Part shown: in pieces, positions 41,376 to 55,878 of the stretch
How the letters are laid out: every line of letters begins with the position of its first letter
Numbering within the stretch: position 1 is the stretch's first letter
Assembly (NCBI RefSeq): GCF_009914755.1
Contig: NC_060927.1
DNA: 64,000 bases
Source of the DNA: the human T2T-CHM13v2.0 reference genome, Homo sapiens
Reading direction: 5' to 3' (one strand)
The notes under the pieces: model-generated
What the model saw: the letters and a program-made list of their open reading frames with translations, nothing else
What the model was told of the DNA's origin: nothing
The model's database searches: none
Position numbers and translations under genes: made by a program

Positions 41376-43274
41376 CAGAGAAGAGTATACATGAAAAATA
41401 CCTGTGTAGCCTAGAAGTCGGGGAAAATGCAGGAAGTGGAGAAGAGAGTAGCATATAAATTATACGTATACATGGGTCAAGAACAAAAGGTATCAACTGA
41501 GGCTCAGGGATCCTAAGAGACATTAAGAATTTAGTAAGGATATGAACCTGTTCAAATGAAAGCTTTCAGTTGGGGTTACAGCAAGAAACATGCCTAATAA
41601 ATCAAGTGAGGAGATTTTATATTAAATTAGAATTCAAGAAAATAGAATTAGTTTTTATCCTCTTTAGACAATGACAAAGTTATGACATGTTTGAGCAGAA
41701 GAGTAACGTAATAAAACTTGTGTTTTCGAAGTGTTTTATCTAGCTTTTTGGCCAGCCTAGCCAAACATTTACTTGGGATATCCTCTTGAAATATTGTGCA
41801 AGATACTGAAGTGTCTTTGAATAGCTCATGATCTAGGAATATGTTGCATGTTTAAACAAAGCTGAGAATTATCTGACAATGTGACTTAACAGAGACATTT
41901 TAATAATATTACAGGGAAATTGAAATATAACCAACTAACTCAGGAGACATCATGGAAGATGTCACACAGTGAATGATGATGAAGCAGAATTTTTAAAATG
42001 TGTAGGATTACGAGAAGTGGGCAAGTACTTATGAAAAGATACCATAAACAAAACCTATTTTACTTCAGACATTCTCTAAACTTTATTTCAACCTTTAGAA
42101 ACTGTGAATAAGTACATTTGTCCTTCAAAGTTATATAAATTAAAGGGCTATTTTGCCATATAAATGAAAGTATTTCCAATTCCACAAAAATGTCTTATGA
42201 TCAACAAATGAATCTTGGTATTTATAAAGTTCTGGTTGTTACTGATATTTTATAATCTGACCTAGCTTAACTGTCCAGGTTAATTTCCCACCAATTTTCA
42301 ATAGGCACATTTCATTTTGACCAAACCAGGTTACAACTGAAACTATCGTATCTTAACCAATCTGTAGTAGTATTTAATTAAAAATACTTGTTAAAGCAGT
42401 AAATTGAAAATTATACTTAGGTATTATAAACATTGCATTTAACATGAACCATATACATAGATATTCATTTGTCAAACTTTTGTTGTAGGGTCATTTTTCT
42501 TTGTGTATGGTATTGCTGATGCAGTTTAATGCTCCATTACTTCTAAATTTTCATCATAAGCTAGATTTTCCAGTTGTGGTTTCTATAAAGAAAAACAAAC
42601 ATTCTGAAGACAGTTTTTCCAGATTTATTCCAGATATCGATGATTAACTTTTGAAGGTAAGGCTATTATCTTTTCACACATAATTTGACTATAAAATTTT
42701 AAATGGCTCACCTTTGTCAAGTAGTTACAAGTAATTTATCATAAAAACTATTGGGAACTAATTTAGTTGATGTATGTAATATTCAAATTAACTACATACT
42801 TATCATAGTAATTGTAAGTGGCATAAATAGGATTAGAAAGAAAACCAACTGCTTTTGATGATACAACTTAAAATGAAAAAGAAAGTATATATACAAATGG
42901 ACCTGATGGGGGAAAAGTGTGATTTAGCTACTTGTGAGCATTTAACATACTGTGAGTACTCCTCAGTATCTTTTTTACAGCGAGAAGGTTATCTGAATAA
43001 ATGGGTTGGATGGATTTTCCTATAAATGTCTGCTATAATTATCATAATGTTCCAAACTTTCATCTATTTACCTTTTCACATGTTGCCCTCTCTGCTGAAA
43101 TGCCTGCCCACCTATCATTCTGGGAAATTACTACTCATTTTTTAAAGCTCTAGGAGAAGCAATTTCCCTGGAAATCATTTTCAAATTATTTTTCACTAAA
43201 GAGCATCAGGCAACCTTGCATTTGTGTTCCCTCTCTGAATTGCTGTTGTTACTCTTTTTACACAAACGTTAATT

Positions 43275-43510
43275 ATAGCTAATAATTGCTAACCACCTTA
43301 TTCTTGTATGCTAAGCCCTGTTTTCAGCAATTTATTAGTATGAACTTATTTAATCCTCATAACACCCTCTGAGATTGATACTATTATTATTCTTCATTTT
43401 ATAATTGTGAAAAGCATATAGAGTTTGAGTAATTGTATAAAGCAACATAGTTATTAGGTAAATGTGTCAGGATTAAACAAACATTCTGTCTTCAGAAGTC
43501 ATGTTTTTAG
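43275..43510 (-). mobile_element. MIR SINE
   Basis: ttatttaatcctcataacaccctctgagattgatactattattattcttcatttta. Confidence 0.8.
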
Positions 43511-44979
43511 GGTCTGTGCTAGTTGTCTTTCAGTCATGCATTGCACTTCGGTTGTTGGTACTCAACAACAAGCAATTGGTTCTTGAGATTAGAATTCTGT
43601 CTTTTTCATTTTACATTTTTAATATGGAGCACAATGTCTTGCAAATAATACAGTCCTAACATTGTTTTTGAATAAATGAGTGAGAAATCAAATGGAAATA
43701 CATTTTAGCCATTTGAACTATAGAGGGCTGTCTAACCTTTCACAGCAGATATGCCTCAGGAAAAGTAGATGACAGTTGCATGTTTCTCATATTCTAGCTC
43801 CTCTGTTGATTTGAACATCCGCTGAAGCTTATTTTTCACCTCAGAATAGCATCAACATTATTTGAAATTCAATTGTACTTTCTCGTTACATTAATAAATC
43901 ATGGAAGTTGAGAAAATTGATGTATCATTGAATGAATTTAAATGACTTTTTTTTGTTTTGTACCATTCTATCCATAAAGTTGAAAGCATTGGTTGTCTGA
44001 GTTCATAAAACATCCACTGGATGGATAGGTTAGAGCCATTCTATAGAATCAGTGTCACACAAACCATGTGGGTTGATGGATATTTTCACATCAAACTGTC
44101 ATCTTGTCTCTGCTGTTACATTATATTTGCTGCCTCAACAGTGACTCAAATTGTTATTTTTTTACAGCCGGTGTCCCAACTACAAAATAGCCCAGTATAT
44201 TTTTGACCACCCATTTAACTATTTATTGATATCTAAAGGCTTTAGTTTTTTATCATAAATATAAGTCTAAAAAGAGTCTAGATTTTGGATGGTGGCACAT
44301 ATTTAAAAACACATCTATGCATAGGATTCTCGCTGTGGATAGAAATTATTTTACAAATCAGGGTTGACTTGTTGATATAACATTTTGTTCATTACATTTA
44401 TTTATTTATACCAGTTACCACCCAGCTTATTGGAATGACATTTTATGATGACTACTTCCTGATGCTCCAGGAAGCCTCTAGGGGAATGAGAATGGTCTCT
44501 AGGGGACTGGTTATTTGTGTAGGCATTTCTGGTCACAGCCAGAGGATCACACACATATTCACAAATATCTATTAGAAGGCAATTTTCTGTTAAACTGAAG
44601 GATTCTGAGTTCTGGGAGATGATTTTACATTCTGAAGGATGCTTCCACCTTTAGATAAGAATGCCAGGCTCTCCCAAAGATGGTTAAAGAGTCTGCCTGA
44701 AAAAAGAATGTAAAGAACAGTGCAGGCAGTGGGAACTATGATTTAAATTACAGAGAGAGAACAAAGGAAAAACTGATCTGGGAATAAATAGAGTCACGCA
44801 CCATTGGAGTTGCATGTGTGAGCAAGTGTGTCTGTATATGTATGTGGGTGTGTGTCCCTGTTTATATTTTGGAAATGAGGTTGAGAGATGTAAAAATAAT
44901 AAAGATGTAAAAATTAACAAACATGCAAAAAATATCTTCAATAAGGAAAAATTGTTTATATTTTATATAAAATCTACTA

Positions 44980-45545
44980 AGAAATTTTTAACAGGGTATA
45001 TACAATCAAATGTCTGTTTTAGAGTGTTTAGTTGTATAAATATGGAAGGAGGAAAGAAATGGCAGAAAGACCAAATATGCTATTCCTGTAACAATCGTGA
45101 GATATCTGGACTCTGTACTGAGGTTGTAGCAATGAAGGTAAGAAGAAAAGAAGGATTTGAAAGAATTTAAATAGAGAATTAATAACTCTTGGGAAATTAA
45201 TATACAGGAGGGGGAGCAGAATGTCAGGAAAAGGGACAATGTGAAGAATGATGGCACAGCTTCTGGCCTGTGCATCTGGGTAGAGAAGCTCATTGAGATA
45301 ATGAAGGGAAATGTTTAAATATGTTGGTGAGATGAGGGGAGAAAGAGTTTGGGGTAGACAATTGTTTATGGCATAATTTAAGGTTATTCTTATATATTAT
45401 ACAATAGCAGGGCAGTACAGAGGTATCTGGAGCTCAGGGAGAGATTTGAACTGACAGTGTAGATTTGCAAATCCTCACCATATACCTGGCCATTACAGTC
45501 ACAGGTGCCAGGCTGATCATGAAGACAAGTCTCAGAGTTGTAAAT
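44980..45545 (-). mobile_element. L2 fragment
   Basis: gtgaagaatgatggcacagcttctggcctgtgcatctggg, tctggagctcagggagagatttgaactgacagtgtagatttg. Confidence 0.7.
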
Positions 45546-46024
45546 GAACCACCAAGTAGGTAAAAATTACAACAGAATAAAGTCAACATTTCTTGCACTC
45601 TGAACATCTCACTGTACTCCACAACACTCACCCTTTCTTAGTTCCTCACTTTGGAAGATGCTGTTTCTTGTATCTGGAATGCTTTCATTGGATTTCCTAC
45701 TTTAGGCTCTATCCCATTCACTGTCTGACATCTCCTTCACTGGCATTAACCAGTTGTACCTAATATGTGAGTTAGACAAGGAATCTGAAGGCGGTACAGA
45801 GCAAAAGGAGCCCGCCATGCTCAACATTTAATTTGATCCATCCTTAGGCACTTATGAAGAGCAAGTTCAAATGGTAATTGTTCCTTGGCTCCCCAGGATG
45901 ACATCTCTTTGTTGCTTGAGCAATCTGGCCATATAATTTTTATGGTACTTAAATAATTGCTTTATATTCACCTATTTGCATGTCTTTTACTTCTCATGGT
46001 GTAACAATTTTTCACTGTCCTTGG

Positions 46025-46352
46025 GGGTTATTTTTGGTCCTCTAGGAAGCAGATCCCCCAAATAGGATTAGACATACAAGAGATTTACTGGGGAGGAATA
46101 CCTATGAAGAATAAAGCAGGTGAAGGCAAGAGGATATGACAGTGCCTTTAGACCATGGCACGGGTCTGACACTTGTGAAAGGAAAGTGGAAAAAGTAAGC
46201 AGAATTAGGAAAGAATAGGTTCAGATCTCAATGCAATTTTCTGGAAGTCTCCAGTGGCTTTGGAGTGAATGCTGTAGCAAATTTGAATGAGCAGCAATAT
46301 CCCCTGTGTAGGTGCAAGAAAGGGGATGTGTGCACACACCTTGCCTGCCACA
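46025..46352 (-). mobile_element. LTR16A-like ERVL LTR fragment
   Basis: ggtcctctaggaagcagat...ggattagacatacaagagatttactgggg...ggtctgacacttgtgaaagga. Confidence 0.7.
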
Positions 46353-46768
46353 CTTTGTATTTTAAATGCTACCTGGAATAAGTATGATATACAATAAATA
46401 ATTATTATATGAATTAATAAATTTAATGATTAACACTGTACAGTTTTCCAGTAGTTGTAATGAGTTTCCTTTCTTGTACTTAAAAAAAAAAGGGCTTTAT
46501 TTGCTTGTCCTTTTAAAACCAAATGCATGTACTGGAAGATAAATGGTAAGGGAGAGGTTAACTGACAGAAAGACTTTGATTTTATTAGGATCACATACTC
46601 ACCAAATGAGATTACTAGCCAGATAAATTATAAAATTGGTAGTTATAGTCCAAAATCAGTAAACATATTTTGGTATTACTACATGTCTATTTGCTTCCCT
46701 TTTTATGCCTCACATAGACTTAATTAAGAAGCTGTGGTTACTCTCTCCCATGTTATGCCCTCAAATAA

Positions 46769-47170
<402 letters not shown>

Positions 47171-47854
47171 TAACATTGTTATCATAACAAAAATGTCGGA
47201 CTCCTATTGCTTCAGTAGAAATTAATATTGGAAATTAATGAACATCTTAATTAATTTTAAGAATTTTTTTTCAGTTGAATTGAAGCCCTTTTACTTAAAC
47301 AATGCAAATCGATGGGTTTTCAATAGTCTGTTATTGTTCACTGAAATGATGGAATAAATTTAAGATGTTGAAGTAAATAAAATTTGACTAAACTTTAAAA
47401 ATCTCGCATTTTATTTTCACTTGATTTAAATTTTATTTAAGTATCATCCTTCATTTTGAAATAGATAGAATAATGACATGGTTTTCTATACAAAGTATAA
47501 TATATTTTTCTTCCTAATAACTTATTTTCGGCTTTTTTGTGTGTATATGATAAAAATGTGCTATTTTTAGAAATAAATGCATATATTTCTAAATGTGAGA
47601 TTGTCTGAAGACATACAAATATGATGTATTTGACCAGACTGAAAGTGAAATATGATTTTTAATCTGAATAATAAAATTAGTAATTTATGTAAAATAATTG
47701 TGTTTTCTTTTTGCATGCTAACCAAACATTTTACATTAAATACATCAGGTCAAAAATAAAATTTAATCTTGAGTTAAGTTCAAAATTACAGATTTATTTT
47801 AAATAAGATTTTTTTTAAGAAGAAACTAGGATAACATTTTATATTAAACATGTA

Positions 47855-48290
47855 TGTGCTTTAGTTTTCTAGGGCTGCCATAAGTAAGTACAACAAACTG
47901 AGTGGCGTAAAAGAACAGAAATTTATTCTTTCACAGTTTTGGAGGCTGGAGATTTGAAATCAAGGTGTCGACAGAGTTGAATAATTTTTTCTCTGAAGAA
48001 TCTAAGGGAGGCTATTTTCTTGCCCCTTTCCAGCTCCGTAGTTTCTGGTCATGCTTAGCGTTCATAGGCTGGTCAATATATCACTCTGATCTTTGTCTCT
48101 GACTTCAGATTGACTTCCTTTCTTTGTGTCTTTGATCTCTCTCCCTGTTGTTATAGGATGCCAGTCAGACAGGATTTAGGACTCACTCTACTTTAGTATG
48201 TCCTTCTCCTAACCTAATGAATTCCATTTCTTAAGATCTTATTTTCAAATAAAGTTGCATTCTGAGTTTTCAGGAAGGATTTGAATTTAT
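47855..48290 (-). mobile_element. MLT1B/C MaLR solo LTR
   Basis: ctagggctgccataa...cagaaatttattctttcacagttttggaggctgg...aaatcaaggtgtcg...ggatttagg. Confidence 0.82.
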
Positions 48291-48734
48291 TAAATAATTT
48301 AAATATATATTTTATACTTTTTTAATGGCATGGATAAAGTGTTTAGACAGTTTATTAAATGCTATGGGAGAAAATTATACTGTTAGTCTAAAGCAAAATA
48401 ACCGAGTTGGTCACTATTGGCCCAAACTCTAATTAATATACACATATACCCATTTATGTGACTGTATCATTATTATAGAGTGATCAATCAACTTAGTGCT
48501 CTGGGGTTGTGGGGCTGTACCCCAAACTGTATCATTTGTAATATGAACATTTCCAGTACTTATCTTTTTAACACTTGTTAAAAATTAAAACATGTAGCTA
48601 AAATATATTAGTTACAAATAATGTGATACAGTACATATACTTAACAGTCTTCATTCCATTCTCATTGAGAATGAGAAGCAAGAATTTACCTAAAACATTT
48701 ATGAAAGCCTGAGTGGTGAAATAGGACTTGTGAT

Positions 48735-49220
48735 ACAGGGAACAGATCATCAAGAGCATCAGTTGGGAACCTGAAAGGAAACAGAGAATAAGCTCCATGT
48801 GAGTTATTTGCAGAGGGTTTAATAAATGAATTATTTTAAAAGATGGGCACAAGGTGTAGTGGAGCTTTAAGGTATCCAGTACCCAGTAGCCAAGATCTTT
48901 CCTTTCCTTGACCTATATGGAGAGGGGAGGAAGCAGTTCCTTGGAACCCAGAGACAAAGAGACTAAGGAGAGAGGATCACCTTATAGATGCTGGAAGAGT
49001 GGGTCATGTATTCAATCAAATGAAACCAACCTCAAAAAGGGGAAGCTGGAGTAATTAATATGGCTTAAACTTTCCCCCTCCACACTCCTGCCAGTCTCTT
49101 CATTGTCAGATTATAACCAGAAGCCAGAAGCAAGACAGTCCATTGATGTGTCCACACAGAGCAGTCTCAGAGCACAGACCTGGGTGGACAAGGATATACC
49201 GTAGAGCTGAAAGTCCAGCC
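48735..49220 (-). mobile_element. Ancient LTR relic (MaLR/ERVL-type, subfamily uncertain)
   Basis: aaccagaagccagaagcaagacagtccattgatgtgtccacac pattern; similar relic around 20120-20420. Confidence 0.45.
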
Positions 49221-49774
49221 AGTTTAATTTCATATCAATCCTACAACATTGTTTATACTTTTTGATAAAAGTTAAAGAATACTTCTATTTAAAATTTCAT
49301 TTTTAATATGTTTTTATCCTAGTGTCAAGCTTTCTTTTTGTTTTATAACTGAAAGTGGAAGTGTAGGTGGATCCTATAATCAAAATTGTAATGGGGGTAG
49401 GGAATCACTGTGTCATTGGTTTTTTGTTACATGTAGAAGCAAGCACTCTACAATTGACAGTGACATTACATGGTGTTTGCGTAGTGGGCAGCAAATTCAT
49501 TCTAGCATGCTTTACAGCAATTGCTGCCATTTGATAAGTAACTCCATATGGACTGAGGCCGAAGCACTAAATCATTGTGTCTCCTTCATGCCAAGCACTG
49601 ATTCATTGCAGTGTCTTGCACTGCAACTTATTGCTACTACATTTTAGAAAATATACTTGTTTTCTCTCAAACACGTTATATTTAATTTATTCTTGCTGTG
49701 GTTGAATTTGACTATGCTTGTTATTTTAGCATCACCATGTGCATGGTGAACTATTTTTAATCAGACATCTACTT

Positions 49775-50030
49775 ATAATCATATCATAGTTTGAAGGGAC
49801 CTTAAAGGTCATATAATCTTACTTCTCACCACATGCACACCATCCCCAAATAATAGTCATATATCTGGCTTCTGCTTGAATAATTCCAATGACAGGGAAC
49901 TGACTACTTGAGATGCAGCCTTTTCTATGCTTGGCTAGCTTTCATTGCTAAAAGTTCTCCCTTATGTTGAGTAGAAATTTATTAACTCTATTTTCCACCT
50001 CTTGGTCCTAGATCTACTCTCTAGAACAAT
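49775..50030 (-). mobile_element. L3 (CR1) LINE 3' relic
   Basis: gaagggaccttaaaggtcat, ctgcttgaataattccaatgacagggaactgactac, aaagttctcccttatgttgag, ttccacctcttggtcctag. Confidence 0.8.
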
Positions 50031-50405
50031 AAGTTAAACTTTATATTCTTTTGTTAACTCTTAAATATTCACTACTGCAGGCTTTTTTGTGAAGCACACA
50101 TTATTTGAAGTATATACAGTGTTCCGTAAAAATCATATAGAACAAATTTGTTCTGATCCCTGTTTTAGGAAGCAGTGGGTCTTTTTAGATTCTATATGGA
50201 AATTCTAATTAAAAATCAAACTATAATCATAAAAGTGTAGAACTCAAAGGGCTGTTCGAAAGTATATAGTGGTATCCTGATTCTCTTTTGGACCCCATGG
50301 TATAAGTAGTATATGTAGAAATTTAAGGAAAAAAATTCATTTCTATATGAATGGCATTGTTTATGAAGAATTTTAATCTCAAAGCCTAAACTTGAAGTAC
50401 AAAAT

Positions 50406-50620
50406 GACATAAAGATGGGAACAACAGACACTGGGGACTACTAGAAGGTGAAAGAAGGGAGACAATTATGGATTGAACAACTATCTATTGGGTACTATGC
50501 TCACCACCTGGGTGAATGCACCCTCCCTATCCCAAATGTCAGTATTGCTCGATATACTCATGTAACAATCCTCTGCGTGTATCCCCAGAATAAAAATAAA
50601 TAAATAAATAAAAATGAAAA
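50406..50620 (+). mobile_element. L1PB 3' end
   Basis: gacataaagatgggaacaacagacactggggactactag...tattgggtactatgctcac, (AAAT)n tail. Confidence 0.88.
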
Positions 50621-53075
50621 ACAGAGATAACATGATAATCCTTGTGAAAAATCTGGTGGAACCTATTAAAAATTATTAGAATTAGTAAGTGAATTTTGCA
50701 AAGTGTCAACAAGCAAAACTCAATTGCTTTTCTACATGCTAGCAGTGAAAAATCAGATACAGAAAAAAAAAGTATTTTTATTTTACTTTTTTCTTTTTTT
50801 TAACTATACTTTAAGTTCTGGGGTACACATGCAGAACGTTCAGGTTTGTTACATAGGTATACGCGTCCCATGGTGGTTTGCTGCACCCATCAACCCTTCA
50901 TCTACATTAGGTATTTCTCCTAATGCTATCCCTCCCCTTGCCCCCCACCCCTCAAACAGGTGGTTGATGTTACCCTCTCTGTGCCCATATGTTCTTATTG
51001 TTCAACTCCCACTTATAAGTGAGAACATGCGCTATTTGGTTTTATGTTCTTGTGTTAGTTTGCTGAGAATGATGGTTTCCAGCTTTATCCATGTCCCTGC
51101 AAAGGACATGAACTCAATATTTTTTATGGCTTCATAGTATTCCATGGTGTATATGTGCCACATTTTCTTTATCCAGTCTAACATTGATGGGCATTTGGGT
51201 TTGTTCCAAGTCTTTGCTATTGAGAGTAGTGCTGCAGTAAACATACGTGTGCATGTGTCTTTATAGTAGAATTATTTATGATCCTTTGGGTATATATTCA
51301 GTAATGGGATTGCTAGGTCAAATGGTATTTCTAGTTCTAGATCCTTGAGGAATCGCCACACTGTCTTCCACAATGGTTGAACTAATTTACACTCCCACCA
51401 ATAGTGTAAAAGCATTCCTGTTTCTCCACATCCTCTCCAGCATCTGTTGTTTCCTGACTTTTTAATGATCACCATTCTAACTGATGTGAGATGGTATCTC
51501 ATTGTTGTTTTGATTTGCATTTCTCTGATGGTCAGTAATGTTGAACTTCTTTTCATATGTTTCTTGGCCACATAAATGTCTTCTTTTGAGAAGTGCCTGT
51601 TCATATCCTTTGCCCACTTTTTGATGGGGTTGTTTGTTTTTTTCTTGTAAATTTGTTTAAGTTCCTTGTAGATTCTGGATATTAACCCTTAGTCAGAGGG
51701 ATAGATGGCAAAAATGTTCTCCCATTCTGTAGGTTACCTGTTCGCTCTGATGATAGTTTATTTTGCTGTGCAGAAGCCCTTTAGTTTAATTAGATCCCAT
51801 TTGTCAATTTTGGCTTTTGTTGCCATTGCTTTTGGTGTTTTAGTCATGAAGTCTTTGCCCATGCCTATGTCCTGAATGGTATTGCCTAGGTTTTCTTCTA
51901 GGATTTTTAAGGCTTCAGGTCTTACATTTAAAAATTTAATCTATCTTGAGGTAATTTTTGTACAAGGTGTAAGGAAGGGGTCCAGTTTCAGTTTTCTGCA
52001 TGTGGCTAGCCAATTTTCCCAACACCATTTTATTAAATAGGGAATCCTTTCCCCATTGCTGGTTTTTAGTAGGTTTTTCAAAGATCAGATGGTTGTAGAT
52101 GTGTGGTGTTATTTCTGAGGCCTCTGTTTTATTTATATATCATAAAGTATGTTAAATAATCAGTGATGGATCTTCCAAAAATATAAAACAACTCTACACT
52201 AAAAACTTTAAACATTGTTGAAGGAAATTAAGAAAGACCTAAATAAACAAAATCCATATTGAATTCATATTTTGAAAGACTAAATGTTATTCCTTCCAAA
52301 TTGTTTATAGATTAAATATGATCCCAATAAAATCCCAGCAATGTAGAAACTGAAAAATTAATCCTAAAATTCATATGGAAGCACAAAGGACCCAGAGGAG
52401 CCAAAACAACTTCCGAAAAGAACAAAGTTGGAGAATTAACATGACCTGATTTCAAAACTTATTATAAAACTACAATAATCAAAACAGTAGTACTGACATA
52501 AAGGCAAATACATCAGTGGAACAGAATGAAAAACACAGGAAGACTCACTCATATAAAAGCAATTGATTTTTCACAAAGATGCTAAAACAAATCAGTGGAG
52601 AAAGGATGGTCTTTTCGACAAATGATGCTGGGAATATTGGATGTATACAAACTAGTATATCTGCACAGTGGAATTCTCATTAATGAAGATAAATAAACCT
52701 ACTACATTCAGTAGTAGGTGATACCCACTACATCATGAATGCATCTCAATGTAATTACGCTGAGTAAAGAAAAACAGTCAAAAAAAGAGTACATACTATA
52801 TGATTGCTTTTTTATAAAATTCTAGAAAGTGAGAACTAACATGTAGATACAGAAAGCAGATCAGTCGTTGCCTGGGGTCGGGTCTGAGGGGAGAGAGAGA
52901 TGAGAATTCAATATTACAGAGGGGCATGAGGAAACTTTGGGGCATGCTTCATCACCTTGAATGTGGTGATGGTTTCAAAGATGCATATGGATGTCAAAAC
53001 TTATCAAATTGTGTCCTTTAAAAATATATAGCTCATCTTATGTCAGCTAAATTTTAGTAAACCATTATTAAAACC
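50621..53075 (+). mobile_element. Old L1M (L1MC/ME) ORF2-3'UTR fragment, split by an L1PA
   Basis: ttagaattagtaagtgaattttgcaa (5' piece); atcccaataaaatcccagca, ctaaaattcatatggaa, acagaaagcagatcagtcgttgcctgggg, tgtcaaaacttatcaaattgt (52140-53075). Confidence 0.8.
50784..52128 (-). mobile_element. 5'-truncated L1PA7-like, 1.35 kb
   Basis: ggtacacatgcagaacg, gctgcacccatcaaccc, catgtccctgcaaaggacatgaactc; ORF2 C-terminal peptides in ORFs 51272-51604 and 51032-51244. Confidence 0.95.
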
Positions 53076-55835
53076 TAAAAAAGAAAATGGATCTGAATTT
53101 TTAGTGGTGCCCGTTGTTTTGCTTTTTCTATCTAAATCTGAAAAATAGAAGAGAAAAGGTGAATATATTAACAAGAATGCTGTGAAAACATAACTATTGG
53201 CTATATATTAATCATTCATTAAACATTCTGAACATATATACCTAACATGCTATAGCCTAAGTGCACTTTCCCTAAAATGTAATCCTCCAATGTTCCTTTC
53301 TCCACCATCCCTCTTTCCTTTTTATACTACTCATTCCCCTGCTTCTTGTTCATCTTCTCTCCCAAACTTTTCTCAACTTTGCCTGCTAGGCAGTGGTCTA
53401 TTCTGCTAAGCAAGTCTTACCATGGATTCAAGGAAGTGTAGTTGATTTAGTTACTGATAAGTAATTATTTACACAGTCAGATGGCAAAAAAAAAAGTTAG
53501 CGAAAACTATGGAAATGACTTTATTCCAGGCCTTAGTTCTGTACATCACACTCTGCCTACATTGGGTTTCTAAGCACTAATGTCTTGCAAATAATTTTTT
53601 AAAACTGTCATCTAATATTATCTATCTTATTTGAATTTCATTCCACTAAAACTTGTTGCAGATATTTAGATTTGGGAAATGTCTCTGAGGTATGCCCTTT
53701 AATGTAGCTGGAATCTAATTTTGTTCTTAAGATAGCTAACCCTCATATAGTAAGTATCTTGCTCAAATTTCTTTTTCATTTTGTCAATTAATAAGGCAGC
53801 ATCTGAAAAATTGAATCTTATTGAAAAAATTCAGATAATTCATTTTGCTCATGTAGGTACTACTATGGCTAAGGAGACTGTAAATTCTAACAATTTATTA
53901 AATATAAAAATTTAAATTCTCAGCTCATCCAGAATATTTAATACTTTCTGTAATATTTCATATATACTCTACACTTTAAGACAATCTTATTTCTTTTCTT
54001 CTGAATGATGTACTTAAATTAATGTTTCCACATAAAATCATTCAATTTAACAAATCATATAGCCAAAATAAAAATATTATTTAGTATTATATAAATTATT
54101 TACAGTCAAATGGATTAGTAATCCAGGATGATTTATATATTAGTTAAGTAAATAATATAGCTACAATGGAATTGGGTTAAGAAATAATCAAATTTAATGG
54201 TATCACCTTTATTTATATTCATAACAACACTTTAATGCCATTTTTACTAATTTGCATCTCTAACTAGGGCTTGTTAACAAAGTATAAGGCCATCAGAAAG
54301 CATAGGGAAAAAAACATTTGCTATGGTAAAATAACATAATCGCTTCCCTGTAATAAGCAATCCTTAACATACAAACTGTATTTAAAGACAATTTTTATAA
54401 AGACTATTGTTTAAGTCACTTTTTGGTACCTGTACTTAACTATAAAGTTTCAAAAGCAAAATAATTTTCTACATGAACCCTAGAATAATTAGTTTTAAAT
54501 GAAATTTTGCATAATGGGTAAACATTTTTTCCTTGGAACAGAACAGCTGTGTACTTTAGGTAATGTCAACATATTTATGGAACTATTACATCATTTGTCC
54601 AATGCACTCTTTATGCTGCATTACACAAATGAGGTGCAACCAGCAGGATATTATTTATGTTGCACTGTAGTTTTGAAAGTGACACCACAATCTTTTTAAA
54701 GTTATTAATTTAGCAATGAAAATATAGAATTCTTTTTTCCTGATAGTCACAATATCCAGGTTCTTAAAAAAGGAGAAAAGTTTACATGACATGCTTGAAT
54801 CTTTATTTGTTTGCATTTTAGTAACAGATAAACATAGTAAAGAAAAAAAACAAAAATTTCCCATGGTTCAAAGTACAGACTATTTGATCAACATGTTTTC
54901 AACCATTTTGAAGATGTGTGACCTCTAGATCATTTCTACCAAAAACTGAATTGAACTGGAATAATTTAGGAGTTTGGGATTTCAGCAAGGCTTCCTGAGC
55001 TGTGTCAGTGATTTATTATTAACTGACACCTTTTGGAGATCTGTCATGAAAGAAAAGGTTCCTCTCTGAGCTCTGTTTTTCAAGTCTTGATATATAGCAG
55101 TGTTTTTATTTTTCCCATGTTTGCAAACTGTGGGCTTCAGTTACCAGCTTCCTGGTCTGACAGCACTGCTCCAAAGCACAAATGAGCAGCTAAAACACTA
55201 TATTACCCAGCACCTGATGTTGGGTTCCTCCTAGCTCACACACATGAGAAGCAGTAATGATTTTTCCTCCTATCCTAATTGGCCCTCACTCTGTTATAGG
55301 TTCTTTGTAGTTTCAGAGTGATGATTAAGCACAATTAGAATGGAGAGAGAAGGAAAAAATGTTTACTGTATGGATAATTAGGCACTGTGTAGGTCTTCAC
55401 ATATGTTATTAATCATTTCTTTTCTGATGTAATGACTCTTTACATCTCTCTACTGAAGTACTCAGATTCCTGATTAGATCTTCCAGTGAAACATGCAGTC
55501 TTGGTTTCTGGCTGGTCTTTTTTCCACATTTCATATTTGCTTTTTATACTGGCAAACAAAAGAACTATGCATTCTTTCTTTCTTTCTTTTTGCTCATCTC
55601 CCTGAAAGCCTAAATTCCAGCCAAGTCTAAGAGGTAAGTTCCAATGATTGCCCATTTTCCTGAGTCTCATCCTGGCTGCCCTTGCCTTCCAAAGTGGAAG
55701 GTACCAACATATTACTTGTCTTTTATTTTTATTTTTTAATATTGGAAAAACAGAAATAAATACAGGAACTCTGAGCATCACTTTTCTGTTCTCTTCAAAG
55801 GTAGAAATGAGACTTGAACTCTTTATGAATCTTAG

Positions 55836-55836
<1 letters not shown>

Positions 55837-55876
<40 letters not shown>
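55837..55876. repeat. (TA)n(CA)n microsatellite
   Basis: Direct observation. Confidence 0.97.
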
Positions 55877-55878
<2 letters not shown>

